From the NCBI GenBank assembly GCA_964276515.1, contig OZ193909.1, positions 21,452,001 through 21,516,000 of the forward strand: DNA of 64,000 bases, given 5' to 3'. A program made the position numbers and the translations under genes. A model generated the notes under the pieces. That model searched no databases. It was not told where the DNA came from and worked only from the letters and a program-made list of their open reading frames with translations. The stretch is from Gordius albopunctatus (lineage: Eukaryota). Below, one piece after another: positions 23,392-35,200 of this stretch; the first letter of the stretch is position 1, and each line of letters begins with the position of its first letter.

Positions 23392-26300
23392 TACTATAAT
23401 TAATTAATATATCCGCCATATTTTATATTATTCGCCTATTTTCTTTATCAATTATTGCTTAAAACGTTTTGGTGTATCATAATTAATATTGCGATATAAG
23501 TTGAAGTTTAATTAGAAAAACAAAAACAGACAGATAATTAGGATATTTAAAATAACTGAGATAATATTTCTTGACTTTTAAGAAGCCCTTGTTCACAAAC
23601 ACTTTATAATGTTTCCATATCACAAAAGGTAAGCAATGTATACCTTAAAAGTTTTAATATGACCTTTATTAAATCCTTTGAGCCTTTAACCAATTATGAA
23701 CATTTATTTATTTCAAACAAAAGTTTTCTTAAAATGCTGAAAAGAGAAAGTAATTTATTAAATCCTCTGTAAGACTCTTCACCTCATAACCTAAATTATC
23801 ACTATGACATTAATCAAAGCTCTCTGTCCCTCCTGCAATAGGAAAATATCCATAAACAAAAATAATTGTTTTTTATTACATGGCCCCACAACATTTAGAT
23901 GGCCTTCATCTGGTAAGAGTGTACCCACAATTATTCCTAAACCCCTCTTAACTCTTAATATTGAAGAAATAAATGAATCTTTACTCCTTATAACACCACC
24001 TGTTTTACCTCAACCCTCTAATTATTATATTAGTGACATAGAACCTAATTATACATGGCGCAATGCCTTCCTAGCTCAACCCTCTACTAATACTATAAAC
24101 AGAATCCCACGTGTAGCTAGCCCCGCAATGCAACAATTATTTATAAACCTTATCAAATTAATTTCTGATAATCCAGATAACCCTAAAGGTTGGGATACAC
24201 TATTTAATTTAGCTTCAAAGATTTTGTTTATTCTTCCAAACAAACATACCAATTTATCCAAGCATATAAAAGACGCAATTCTAAATTTCAACAACGGAAT
24301 ATCCCCTCCAACGTCAAATAAACAGACATCAAGGATAGACATATCCTTATCACAAAGAGCAAATCAAATCTCAAAAAAATCAACTCTTACAATTTAAGAG
24401 GTGCTTTGAATGTATTTTATAATAACCACACCATGGTACCTCCCAATCAAGATTCATTTAGCCGAATTAATATCTTGCACCCTTACTCAAATCATACACT
24501 TAAATACCCAAACAATATTTCTTCATTGTCATTCTCTCCCCCAGAGATTAGTGAAGCTATCAACTCATTCCCCCTAGATTCCTCTGCTGGGTCAGATGGC
24601 ATTAAACCTAACTTCTTGCAAGATGTAACTAATTTAAAGAACAATTTTTCAAACTCATTGCTTGAATCAATAACCTATCTTTGTAACTTAATTGTAAATG
24701 CCAATGTTCCTCAAGAGATCAGACCAGTCCTCTTTGGGGCACGTCTTTTAGCTTTAAAAAAATCAAACAATTCCTTAAAACCCATCGCCATTGGGAGCGT
24801 ATTTCGCCGTTTGATCTCTAAAATAATTTGCAAACGAATCAAACCCTCTTTGACCAATTCCCTTTTACCTCATCAATTAGGCTTTGTTGTGAAGGGAGGG
24901 TGTGAAGCTGCAAGCCACGCAAGTCGTATCACCACAATACAAAACCTTCATCCTGACCACTGTCTAGTAAAACTGCATTTCTCAGATGCCTTCAATCAGC
25001 TTAATAGAAACGTTTTTATGGAACATTTTTTGGAAGAATTTCCCCAATATGCAAATTATATCTTACAAAGCTACGGCTTACCATCCCTTTTAAATTTTGG
25101 CTCTTTTATAATTAAATCTGCTGAGGGCCTTCAACAAGGTGATCCCCTTGGGCCACCATTATTTTGTTGCGGGATAAAGAAACTTATTAACCTAATTAAG
25201 GAACAATGCGATCTATCATTACATGTATGGTACCTAGATGATGCGACTCTGGCGGGCATCTATGATCAGGTCGCCAAAGCCATCACCATCATTAAAGACT
25301 ATTGTTTACCTTTAAACCTAACGCTCAACGAGGCCAAATGCGAAATTTTACAACCACCTGCTTGCGACCAATACTCGATTTTAAAACCTTATTCCAACGT
25401 GGCTAAGAAAAATTTTTCCATGTTCGGTTCACCCATAGGCGGATCTCCAATTGTGAATACCTTCTTTCAGAAGCGTACCGAACATTCAGCGACGTACAGT
25501 AGTGGAAATCACCTTACACAGGTCGACTACATATTAGTGAAGCGCATAAATTTGTGGCAAGTTAATGATTGCAAGGTTATACCGGGGGAAGAAATCGCCA
25601 AACAACATCGGCCAGTTGTCCTCGATATAGCAAGAAAGATTTTTCCCGTAAGGAGAAAAGTCTACACACCAAGGACAAAGTACGAAAAGCTTAAGGATGA
25701 TCATGCAAATGAAATGTTTCACACTCGAGCAACTCCGCTCTTGAAGGTTGCAGGCTTGGAAGGCGACATTAACAAAAGGTGGGGCACCGTTGCAAATGTT
25801 CTAAAGGAAACGGCCTTACAAATATTGGGACGAACTAAGGGCGGCAGAGCTCACAAGCGTGAACTATGGTGGTGAAATGACTCGGTCAAAGAGGTTATAG
25901 AAGAAAAGAAGGCGTTGTACCTACGATGGTACAAAACGAAAAAAGGAGAAGACTACGAGGCATATCGTGAAGCGAAACGCAAAGCTAAGATAGCGGTCGC
26001 GATAGCGAAGAACAACGCTTACACCGAGATGGCAAACAAGCTCGATACCAAGGGCGGCGACATAGTCATGTATAAACTCGCAAAGATCAGGGAGAAAAAA
26101 AGTCGAGATTTCGGGACACTTAAAGTCATTAAAAGCGAAGAGGGACGAACGTTGTGCAAACCGAAGGAAGTCATCAAAAGATGGAAAGATTATTTCCAAA
26201 ATATGATGAACAAAACAAATGATAGAAGACCGCTAGAGAGGGTGGAACCGAACTCGAACTTGGTTTTACCATTTCAGGCTTATGAAATAGGAGCACAACT

Positions 26301-27789
26301 AACGAAGATGCGGAAAGGGAAAGCGCTAGGTCCCGATGATCTACCGATCGAAGCTTGGCTTGGGTGCAAAGGAGAAGGAATCGACATAATGACAGGCCTA
26401 TTTAACGCTATGCTGTATGAGAGTCGTATCCCTGACCAATGGAGGGAAAGTACGATCATACCCATATACAAAGGTAAAGGAGACGCGCAGGAATGTGGCA
26501 ACTTTAGAGGTATCAAGTTGACCTGCCACTCACTAAAACTACTAGAAAGGGTGCTAGTGAAAAGGCTCAATGACGAAGTTTGTCTCTCGCCCAATCAGTT
26601 TGGATTTGTGGCCGGTAAATCAACGATGGACCCAATCTTTGCGTTGAAGCAGACGATTGAAAAATATGGCGACATAAGAAAGAAATTACACATGGTCTTC
26701 ATCGATTTAGAAAAGGCCTACGATACGGTTCCGAGAGACTTAATATGGTGGTCCCTTAGAGCCAGAAATATACCCGAAGGATATGTTCGACTTATCAAGG
26801 AAATGTATAATGGAGCGGTTGCATCTGTTAGGACTACCGTAGGAGTAACGAAACCCTTCCAAATAATGATCGGAATACATCAAGGATCAGCGTTAAGCCC
26901 ATTCTTGTTTAATCTAATTATGGATACAATAACAAAGGACTTGCACAAGCCAGCCCCTTGGACTATGCTATATGCCAACGATATTGTCCTATGCGATGAA
27001 ACAAGAGAAGGGGTTTTTTATCAGGTGAAAAAATGGTCAGAACGTTTCTCGGAATTCGGGTTAAAGGTCAGCGAGAAGAAAACGGTTTACATGCAAACGA
27101 TGGGCGGTAGTCCGCAAATGCACAAAATTGACGGTCCAAGGTACACGGAGGTTGATAAGTTCACATATCTTGGCTCGCTATTACATCAAGAGGGAGGATG
27201 TACCGCCGAAGTCCATTCTCGGATCAAGAAAGCATGGCTCAAGTGGCGGAGCATCTCCGGTGTCATGTGTGACAAAAAGATACCAATTTGGTTGAAAAGC
27301 AAGGCGTACAAAACCATCGTGCGACCGGTCTTGCTTTACGGGAGCGAAACATGGGCTGTAACCAGCGCGGAGGAGAAACTCTTGCAAGTCACGGAAATGA
27401 GAATGGTGCGATGGAGCTTAGGCTACACCAAGCTGGATCGCATGACGAACGAATCCTTGATGACAAAGATGGGTATACAAGCGACGAAGGACTTCTTAAG
27501 AGAAAATCGACTGCGGTGGTACGGCCATGTATTAAGAAGAGACGAAGACGATGTCACACGCCGAACGCTGGAGATGGACGTGCTTGGAAGAAGAGGAAGG
27601 GGCAGACCACGTGCCACCTGGAAACGACTGGTCGAAAAGGATATGGACGTCAAACAGATGGAAATTGGCATGGCATTCACACGACTCAGATGGAAGAGGC
27701 TGCTGAAAACGTACCCCACGTCTGTGGGATTTTCAACACGATAAAGAAGAAGAAATAGACTTCACCTAATAAAGATTTAAAAAAAATTT
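23392..27789 (+). mobile_element. Chimeric non-LTR element: CRE 5' half fused to RTE 3' part
   Basis: CRE zinc finger CPSC..HGP..PSSG (23804-24397) and RT QQGDPLGP/WYLDD, then after GSPIGG (~25450) RTE APE C-terminus (NTFFQKR..QVDYILV) and RTE RT; (GAA)n tail, then AATAAA and an A-run. Confidence 0.92.
24406..27744 (+). pseudogene. Fused CRE-RT / RTE-APE-end / RTE-RT reading frame interrupted by one TGA (25873-25875)
   Basis: ORFs 24406-25875 and 25915-27744 are in the same frame. The stop replaces the third W of ELWWW (compare the 35317-37560 protein). The second RT has YAND in place of YADD. Confidence 0.85.
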
Positions 27790-27902
27790 AATTTGCGTGG
27801 TGCGGAACTAATTTAGTATTAAAAGTTTCAAAATCATCATAAATAGCATTTAATATCCTAAATGTAAATCTCATAAAATAAAGGTTCTTAACTAACTTAA
27901 TT
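27790..27902 (+). repeat. Right copy of 113-bp direct repeat
   Basis: Matches 23279-23391. Confidence 0.95.
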
Positions 27903-28299
27903 AAGTCTCAGAAGTTAAAAATCAAAATTCAAGCTGAGATCTCGCTGATAAAATCTCGTCTCCTATCGTCTTGGTTTTTGGAGACGAGACGAGACCGAGA
28001 TTTTTCTCGGTTTTTCCGCATCACTACTTGTGGGCTAAGGAAGTAACATTTTTAGGATACTTATATAAATTAGTAACAAAGGGATTCAAATCAATAGTAA
28101 TAAAGCTAAACTAATAAAGCAATGAAAAATTTTGACAAATAAAGTATATGCGATAAAAAAAATCGAGGTTTAGTTATTTAAATCGTTACGAGAAGTTAAG
28201 GCAAATATTTAGAAAGGTGGTAACGGTTAAGAGGATTATAAGAATTCAAATTAGTTGCTAAAGATGGCCAAAGTTAATCATCTGACGCAATGACTGGCT

Positions 28300-30900
28300 T
28301 TTGACAGTTTAGCTGAATGCAGATTTTTTTTATATGCATTTGCAATTTTAGATTTAAATCTCTTATTACATACTGTACACCTTAATTTTAGCTTTTGGTA
28401 CGCACCTTAGGACCGATACTATAGCTATTTGGGAAGCATGCACATAATAAAAATTATTAGTTATATTCTAACTTCAATCCTTTTATCTCTTTTCATTACA
28501 TTACCACAAAGTTTTGAGAAATCTTCTATTATATAGTTTTTACCAATACGGATTGCCCTCTTGTCCTCAATGTAAAGGTCAGAAAATTTACTGACCATCC
28601 TACGAAGTACTTTTATAAAATACCAAAATTGTTAGGCCTTTTAAGCTTCCTCTATTCTATTTTAACCTCTATCTTTGTACCTGATGCCCTACCCCTTGTT
28701 ATATAATTAATTACCAAAAGACTGTCCAGGTCAATCTCAATTTCAGTATTAATATACAATTTGAACATTATTAAGATTAATTCTGTTTACAAATGTTAAA
28801 TTAAAATGTGTGGCAGTGCTACCCCGTTTGTACCTTATTACAAGTTCCCCTTATACTTGAAGAAGTTTGGCTAATAGCTAGGTCAAAGGCTTGAGATATT
28901 TGCAGATGTTTCGTTCTATAAAATTAGCTGACACTTAGCCGCGACCACCGGAATGTCTCTCATAATCTTCTCTTGTCCGCTGCAATACCTAAGAGCCTAC
29001 CTTTAGCAAATTTGACTCGCCTATATATTGGCCTAAATCCAATTCGGATTTATGCCGGATAGGTCTATAGAAGATGCCTTGAACAGTGTTAGAATATTAA
29101 TGGAACGGTTTAAAGAAAGGGAGTAGGATATGCATATGTGTTGCATCAATCTAGAAAAGCATTTGAAAAAGTTCCTAGGACTTTAGTTTGGAGATGTCTT
29201 AAAGATAACAATGTGCCAGAATTATACGTCAGAGCCATAGAAAATATGTACACGGGAATTAGAATGTACGTTAAAACAATGGTGGGGACTACAAAGGCCT
29301 TTACCATTAACAAGTCAATCAAGGATTAACTCCTAGTCCCTTCCTATTTATAATGATAATAGATGTTATTACCAAGGATTTGGGCGAGGACGCTCCATGC
29401 GCAATGATCTTTGCAGACTATTATATCCTCTGTGCCAAAATTCAAGAATTCATTAATACTGTAAATAGATGTGTAGGAGTTTAAGCCTACTTTATTTTTA
29501 TAAAACCAAAGATCTCTCCATATCGTTAAGCATTAGCTTATATAACATTGTAAAGAGGTTAATATAAATAACTCGTAAGATAGTTGGGGGCTATTCAAAT
29601 TATAATGATTGTGAATAGAATAAGGAGGAGTATAAATAATGTGCATTCATTCATATATAGTAAGAAGGAATGTTAAAAACGTGATATCATAATTATAAAG
29701 GTACAACTATTCTAATTAGGTAATACCATAGATGGGTAATTGCAAATAAAGGAATTGGGAACAAGGAAAATAGAAAGAAAAAAATACATGAAGACAAAGT
29801 TTAAATCAGATGAAAATCATCAAGGCGATTGGTAATTTACAAGCATACTTCAATCGGATAGTGGAATAAATAAAGAAATTCGAGCAGAAATAAATTCCGG
29901 GTGGCTCAAATGGAAAGATTTAACGAGCGTTTTGTGTGACAAAAAGGCGCACCGTATAGGTCCATCATACAGCCAACAGTCTTATATAGCTCGGGATCAT
30001 GGGCTATACGTAATAGAGAAGGCAGCGCCTTGCGTCCATGAAGATAAGAATGCTAAGATAGATGCTAGCAGTAAGCAAAAAAGGAGATAAACGAAATTAA
30101 GAGAAGAAATTTGGGTACAACATCTATGAAGACAAGGCTCCTAACAGACTAAGATGGTATGGACATGTCGAGAGAAGATAGGATAGCTAAGTCGGAAAGA
30201 AAATTGAGAAGATAAATTTCGCATAAGAAGAAGACCCAAGCTCACGTGAAGTCATAAAATAAAACACGTTATGAAAATGCACAAGATAAATAAATACTTA
30301 TTTAAATATAGAGACAAATAAATGTTGAAACCAGCCTAGGTGATAAACAGTAAAAGGGAGAAGGGCTATAAGGTCCATTCGAAAACATTTTTGCACCCCG
30401 GATTTTGTGGACATATGCTGAACACAACGTTTTAATTGGAAATTCAATCTCGAAATTTTTTCATTGATCTTTTTCATTTCGATGACCCATTTTTAAATTC
30501 CTCTGTTAGCGTTTAAACCACTCATATGTTTTTGTTCTCACTAAGGAGGTTGTACCGGTCATATATGCTTTTGGCCTTGTTGCCTATTTACTTGGTATTA
30601 ATTACAAGCGATATCAATTTTACGTTTCCTAAAACGGTAACTAATACCCTGCTCTTGCTAGTACTCAATCTAATCTCTTTAGCCACTTGAATTTTGGGTA
30701 ATAACGGCAGCTCATTCCCGAATAACGCTTCAGTTCCTTGAGGAGAATGCCCTTTGTTGTTTATTTTTTTTATTACGCATTTTGGAGAGTTTTATATCCC
30801 GGCTTTCCAAAACTAGATTCAACCATGACGCTTGTCTATCCTCTTTTTTTTATAACGAATCTGAATGTCTGATCTTGTATTCAACTATTTTACCAAACTG
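28300..30900. mobile_element. Old, degenerate RTE remnants in both orientations
   Basis: 29035-30350 (+) aligns by eye to the 3' half of the RTE at 15500-16440; ~30370-30900 (-) encodes RKRKIDIAC-type APE remnants; ~28330-28760 (-) resembles the RTE middle region. Confidence 0.7.
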
Positions 30901-31099
30901 ATCCCCCTAGGAATACCTAGAAATTTTACTACCAAAACCTTTATCACAAAAGTTAATAACATTATTTTTATCCCTTTAAAGCTCCGGGGCTGTTTTATAA
31001 ATTATTAGTATCAAAACATTTTAATCCTCTCACCCTCTGAGTTATCTTGTGATTCTGAGATATAGTCAGAATAGATATATAATTAAAATTAAACAAATA

Positions 31100-31330
31100 T
31101 GTATTTATTTAAATGGTATAAAAAATTACATACACGACTAAAAAATATTAAAAACGCGCTAAAACTAAACGGATGGCACAGATCCGTGTATGGAAATCGT
31201 GTTGGATTTAACGCTTTCCATTGTGATCTTTTGCCTGATAAAAAAGTATTCTTTCAAATCTAAGGAGACGCTGGTGATCGCTTTTCCAATTTTTTTTAGT
31301 TGGGCAATACCTTAAATATACAACGTATGA
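31100..31330 (-). mobile_element. CRE-like 3' end fragment
   Basis: Homologous to 22270-22400 (inverted) and 6983-7110. Confidence 0.65.
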
Positions 31331-31821
31331 GGTCTAATTCAATCTATTATTTGTCTTTATTTAATACATCACATATTCTCTATAGGATTAAAGAATTTCC
31401 ATAATAGTTTTTTGCCAAGTTTTAATCAAAATCAAAAATCGCATTTTATTCATTTTTTAATAATTATTTCTACAAGCCAGTCAAGGAATTAATTTGAATT
31501 TTTAAGAAGGCACTAGTATAAGGATATTTAACTATAGCTAAATTTGTTGTAAATTTTTACATATTTAATAATTATTTGTAAGATGTATATAATATAAAAA
31601 TTATAATTTTGATATACTCAAATAATATGCATAGACTGCTAACCCAAATTTTTTATATTTAATCTTAACCTAGCATAAGATTCTGTAAGGTCAATTTCAA
31701 TTACAAGATGCGCAGCATTTAACATATTTTACAGATACATTATTTTTAATAACCTCCATCGTAAGGTTCCTTTTAAAATAATTTTTCATATGAGGAGGCC
31801 TTTTTATAAGTAAAACGGCGA

Positions 31822-32210
31822 TTACTCATGTTTTATATAACCGGTTGCAAAATCTTTTTCATAACTTTCGGCTTTATCGTAATCGTAATTATCATCGTAA
31901 CCACTATCAAGACCTGTACCATCTTCACCTATGGATACTGGATAAAAGATTGAATCGGGATATGAATAATAGGGATCATTTTCAATATTTGGTGATATGG
32001 TTTCCATGTATTGATAGCTATATTGGTAGTCGAAATCAAAATCGAAATCATAGTATTCCCGGTAATAGTAATTGGTGTACATTTTAGTCATCTTTCTTAA
32101 GCTATATTTACACAATACTTCGTCCTGCAGTACTTTTTCCAACAACTTTAGCACTAACCACAACTCTTCCTCGTCAGGAACGTATGGATCCTTACTTTTC
32201 TTCCAACGAT
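31822..32210 (-). CDS. Possible terminal exon encoding a Tyr/Asp-rich acidic segment of unknown function
   Basis: Open frame of ~125 codons, RWKKSKDPYVPDEEELW...YYYREYYDFDFDFDY...GYDDNYDYD...HE*, in very AT-rich DNA; no recognised homology. Confidence 0.4.
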
Positions 32211-32214
32211 TTAA

Positions 32215-35200
32215 TTTATATTATACAATAAAGTAATTATTACTTTATCCTACATAACATCAATTCTCGAAAAGTCCACACTCATTAAAAACCCGTATAA
32301 GTTTCCACAGAAGCATCCTGATTAATCTTATAACCAGCTTTAAAAGATTAATAAATATTCTATTATTCATGCCTTTATAACAATTACAACCCAATAGAAG
32401 TGTCGGCTAAATCGAAAAATGCTTATTATGATTATCATAACATAAACTAAATGATGCATACTTAAAAAAATTCTGCATATTTCCAATTCAATGGATAGAA
32501 GAGATATTGTGTTACACTTAGAATTTTATTATCTTAATGGCATTCTTTAACATCTCATCATCACAGCATTTTGATTTATTTAACAGACAAGCAAATTGAA
32601 GCCCTCAAACATTCATCACTAAACCAATTATGAACATTCATTAACAAAAAATCCTTCATCATTATATTAAACCAACAAAAAAATACAAAGAGAAAGTGAT
32701 TGATCAAATCCTCAGTATTGATTTTACTTCCAAACAACAATCATATATCATGTGGAAGCATTAATCAACTTAACTATTATCAGAAGAAACTCCATGTTTA
32801 CAAAAACTTTATAATGTTTCCATATCACAAAATGTAAGCAATGTATACCTTACAAGTTTTAATATGACCTTTGATGAATCCTTTAAGCCTTTTCTCTCTC
32901 CAATATCATACAATTAATAACACTTTTCCCAGATACTCTTTTGTATTATTAAACTTACAAAATTCTTATAAATCAAACAGCTTTAAAATAATCCCAACTT
33001 TAATTTTAATTGTCCAACCTCATCAAGGTTTTTTTTATTCCACATATGTTAATCTCTAAACCCCTATGCCCAACTTGTAAGCGACGAATATGCCTTGATA
33101 AACATAATTGTTTCTGGATTCATGGCCCAGTGTCTTCAAGATGCCCTTCTTCGGGCAAATTACCTCCACCCTGCTTACCAATTCCACCCCTGGCTTCTAA
33201 CTTTGAAGAGGCTCCCCTATTGCCAATTTCTAGCCCCGTCATCCCCCCATCCTTACAATGCTCCCCATCAATTAATCAACCGCCTGACTCATCTTGGAGC
33301 AATTCTTTTTTAACAAAACCATTTCCTAATACTATCTCCAGAATCCCAAGAGGAGCCAGACCTTCCATCCAACAATCTCTGCTAAATATATTCACTTCCA
33401 TTATCAAAAACCCTTATAACTTAACCAATTGGGACAAACTTTTTAAATTCCCATATTATATCCTTTATGTTAGGGAACCTAATGAACATAATTTATCAAG
33501 CCTCATCAAGGAATCCCTTCTGTGTTTTAATACTGATGTTCCCATTACATGCACAAGTAAAACAAAACCCTTTCACTGGAACCCACAATTAACCAAACAG
33601 CCAAGCACATTTCAAATAAAATCCATAATTTCAACCCAAAAAGTGCCCTTAGAGCTTTTTATGATAACAACTCAATTGCCCCTTATTGCCCTGATTCTTA
33701 TAGGGAGCTTAATCAAAAACACCCAGCAGCATCATCAGCCAGTAAATACCCCACATCTCCATCATCAATAGTGCTCGAGTCTTCAGACATCCGTGAAGCC
33801 CTTAACTCCTTTCCTTTGGACTCCGCAGCCGGACTCGACGGATGGTGCCCAGTATATCTACAAGATTTACTCAACCTGAATAATTTAAATACTGAACCTC
33901 TTTTAAATTCTATTACTTCCTTTTGTAATATCATTGTTAACGGAAAATTTCCTCATGAAATCATCCCTATTTTATTCGGTGCAAAACTTATCGCCATCAA
34001 AAAACCGGATAATTCAGTTAGACCCATCGCCATTGGAAGTCTTTTTCGCCGTATAATATCAAAAACCCTCTGCAAACTCATAAAATCCTCCTTATCCGCC
34101 AAGCTCCGCCCTCATCAACTCGGCTTCGGAATTAAAGGCGGATGTGAGGCAGCCAGCCATGCTGGCCGGATCACACTCCAAAATATTCCCACCGAGTCCT
34201 GCTTCGTCAAATTAGATTTTGCCAATGCTTTTAACTGCATTCGAAGAGAAACCCTTATTAACACTTTTTTAGCTGAATTCCCACAATTCGTAAATTACAT
34301 TTTATTAAGCTATGGTTCTACAACCAAGCATCGATTCGGCGAATACGTCATTGACTCGTCCGAAGGCATCCAACAAGGAGACCCATTAGGCCCTCCTTTG
34401 TTTTGTTTAGACATTCATAATTTAGTCGAGGCTATATCATCTCAGTGTATTCTGGATTTAAATGTTTGGTATCTCGACGACGCCACCCTTTGTGGCCGCC
34501 CGGAGGAGATCAGTAAAGCTATACAAATTATCAACAATTTTAAACCCACTCTGAATCTTACATTCTTCTTCTTCTTTATCAGTTATTTGGTCCCACATTG
34601 GTGGGGTTTGTTTTGATGAGTCTCTTCCATCTTGACCGGGTTAGTGCCATGTCTTGACGAATCTCTTTAGTTTCCATAACTTTATCGACTTGCCTTTTCC
34701 ACGTGACACGGGGTCGTCCTCTTCCTCTCTTCCCCGGTATTTTGATGTCTAGCACTTTTCGATTTACGTCATCCGGGTCCCTTCTTAATATATGCCCATA
34801 CCACCTTAGCCGATTTTCGTTAATCATGTCCGCCATAGGTTGAATACCCATTTTTGTCATGAGAAAGTCATTCGTCATATGGTCGAGCTTAGTATACCCC
34901 AAGCTCCACCGTATCATTCTCATCTCCGTGGCTTGTAATAGCTTTCCTTCCGTGGTGTTTAATGCCCATGTTTCACTTCCATAGAGTAACACCGGTCTTA
35001 CGATGGATTTGTAAGCTTTGCTCTTCAACCATATTGGCATTTTCTTGTCGCACATTACACCGGATATACTTCGCCATTTAAGCCATCCTTTTTGAATCCG
35101 GGCATTGATTTCAGTTGCGCAACCTCCCTCTTGATGTAGCATAGAGCCGAGGTAATTAAACCTGTCTACTTTTGGGTACTTTAGGTGGTCATTCAGCGAT

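Larger units (their letters stand above)
21218..28026 (-). mobile_element. Internally deleted hAT (Ac-like) transposon retaining BED-finger and hATC remnants
   Basis: 8-bp TSD TTTGTGGG/CTTGTGGG (21210-21217, 28027-28034); imperfect TIR TAGGGTTTCG/TAGTGATGCG; GTCTCG subterminal repeats at both ends. Minus strand: BED-like LLKHF..RLC..SSTTS (22990-23150) and YPDLASMARDFLSTPATSVPAE..LLCLNSW (~22635-22791). Confidence 0.9.
19785..28260 (+). mobile_element. Degenerate Ty3/Gypsy gag-pol fragment split by the hAT insertion at 21218-28026
   Basis: Gag-like CNFG; GATVSII protease; SPVVPVKKNDGSLRL, YPLPRIDDLL, FSKLDLRKAY, RMPFG, SIDDILI. The RT resumes after 28034 as AKEVTFLGY. Confidence 0.88.

Noticed and set aside
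23390..23403. TTTACTATAATT shared between the CRE 5' end and the start of the hepadna-like unit (58921-58932, minus), as a possible spliced-leader remnant
   Set aside because: A 12-nt AT-rich match is expected by chance in this composition and resembles no spliced leader I recognise.
25921..27758. Antisense and alternative-frame ORFs over RTE, CRE and Gypsy coding regions (also 36169-37600, 15089-15769, 56403-57192)
   Set aside because: Shadow ORFs of GC-richer TE coding sequence with no motifs; none resembles a hepadnaviral surface protein.
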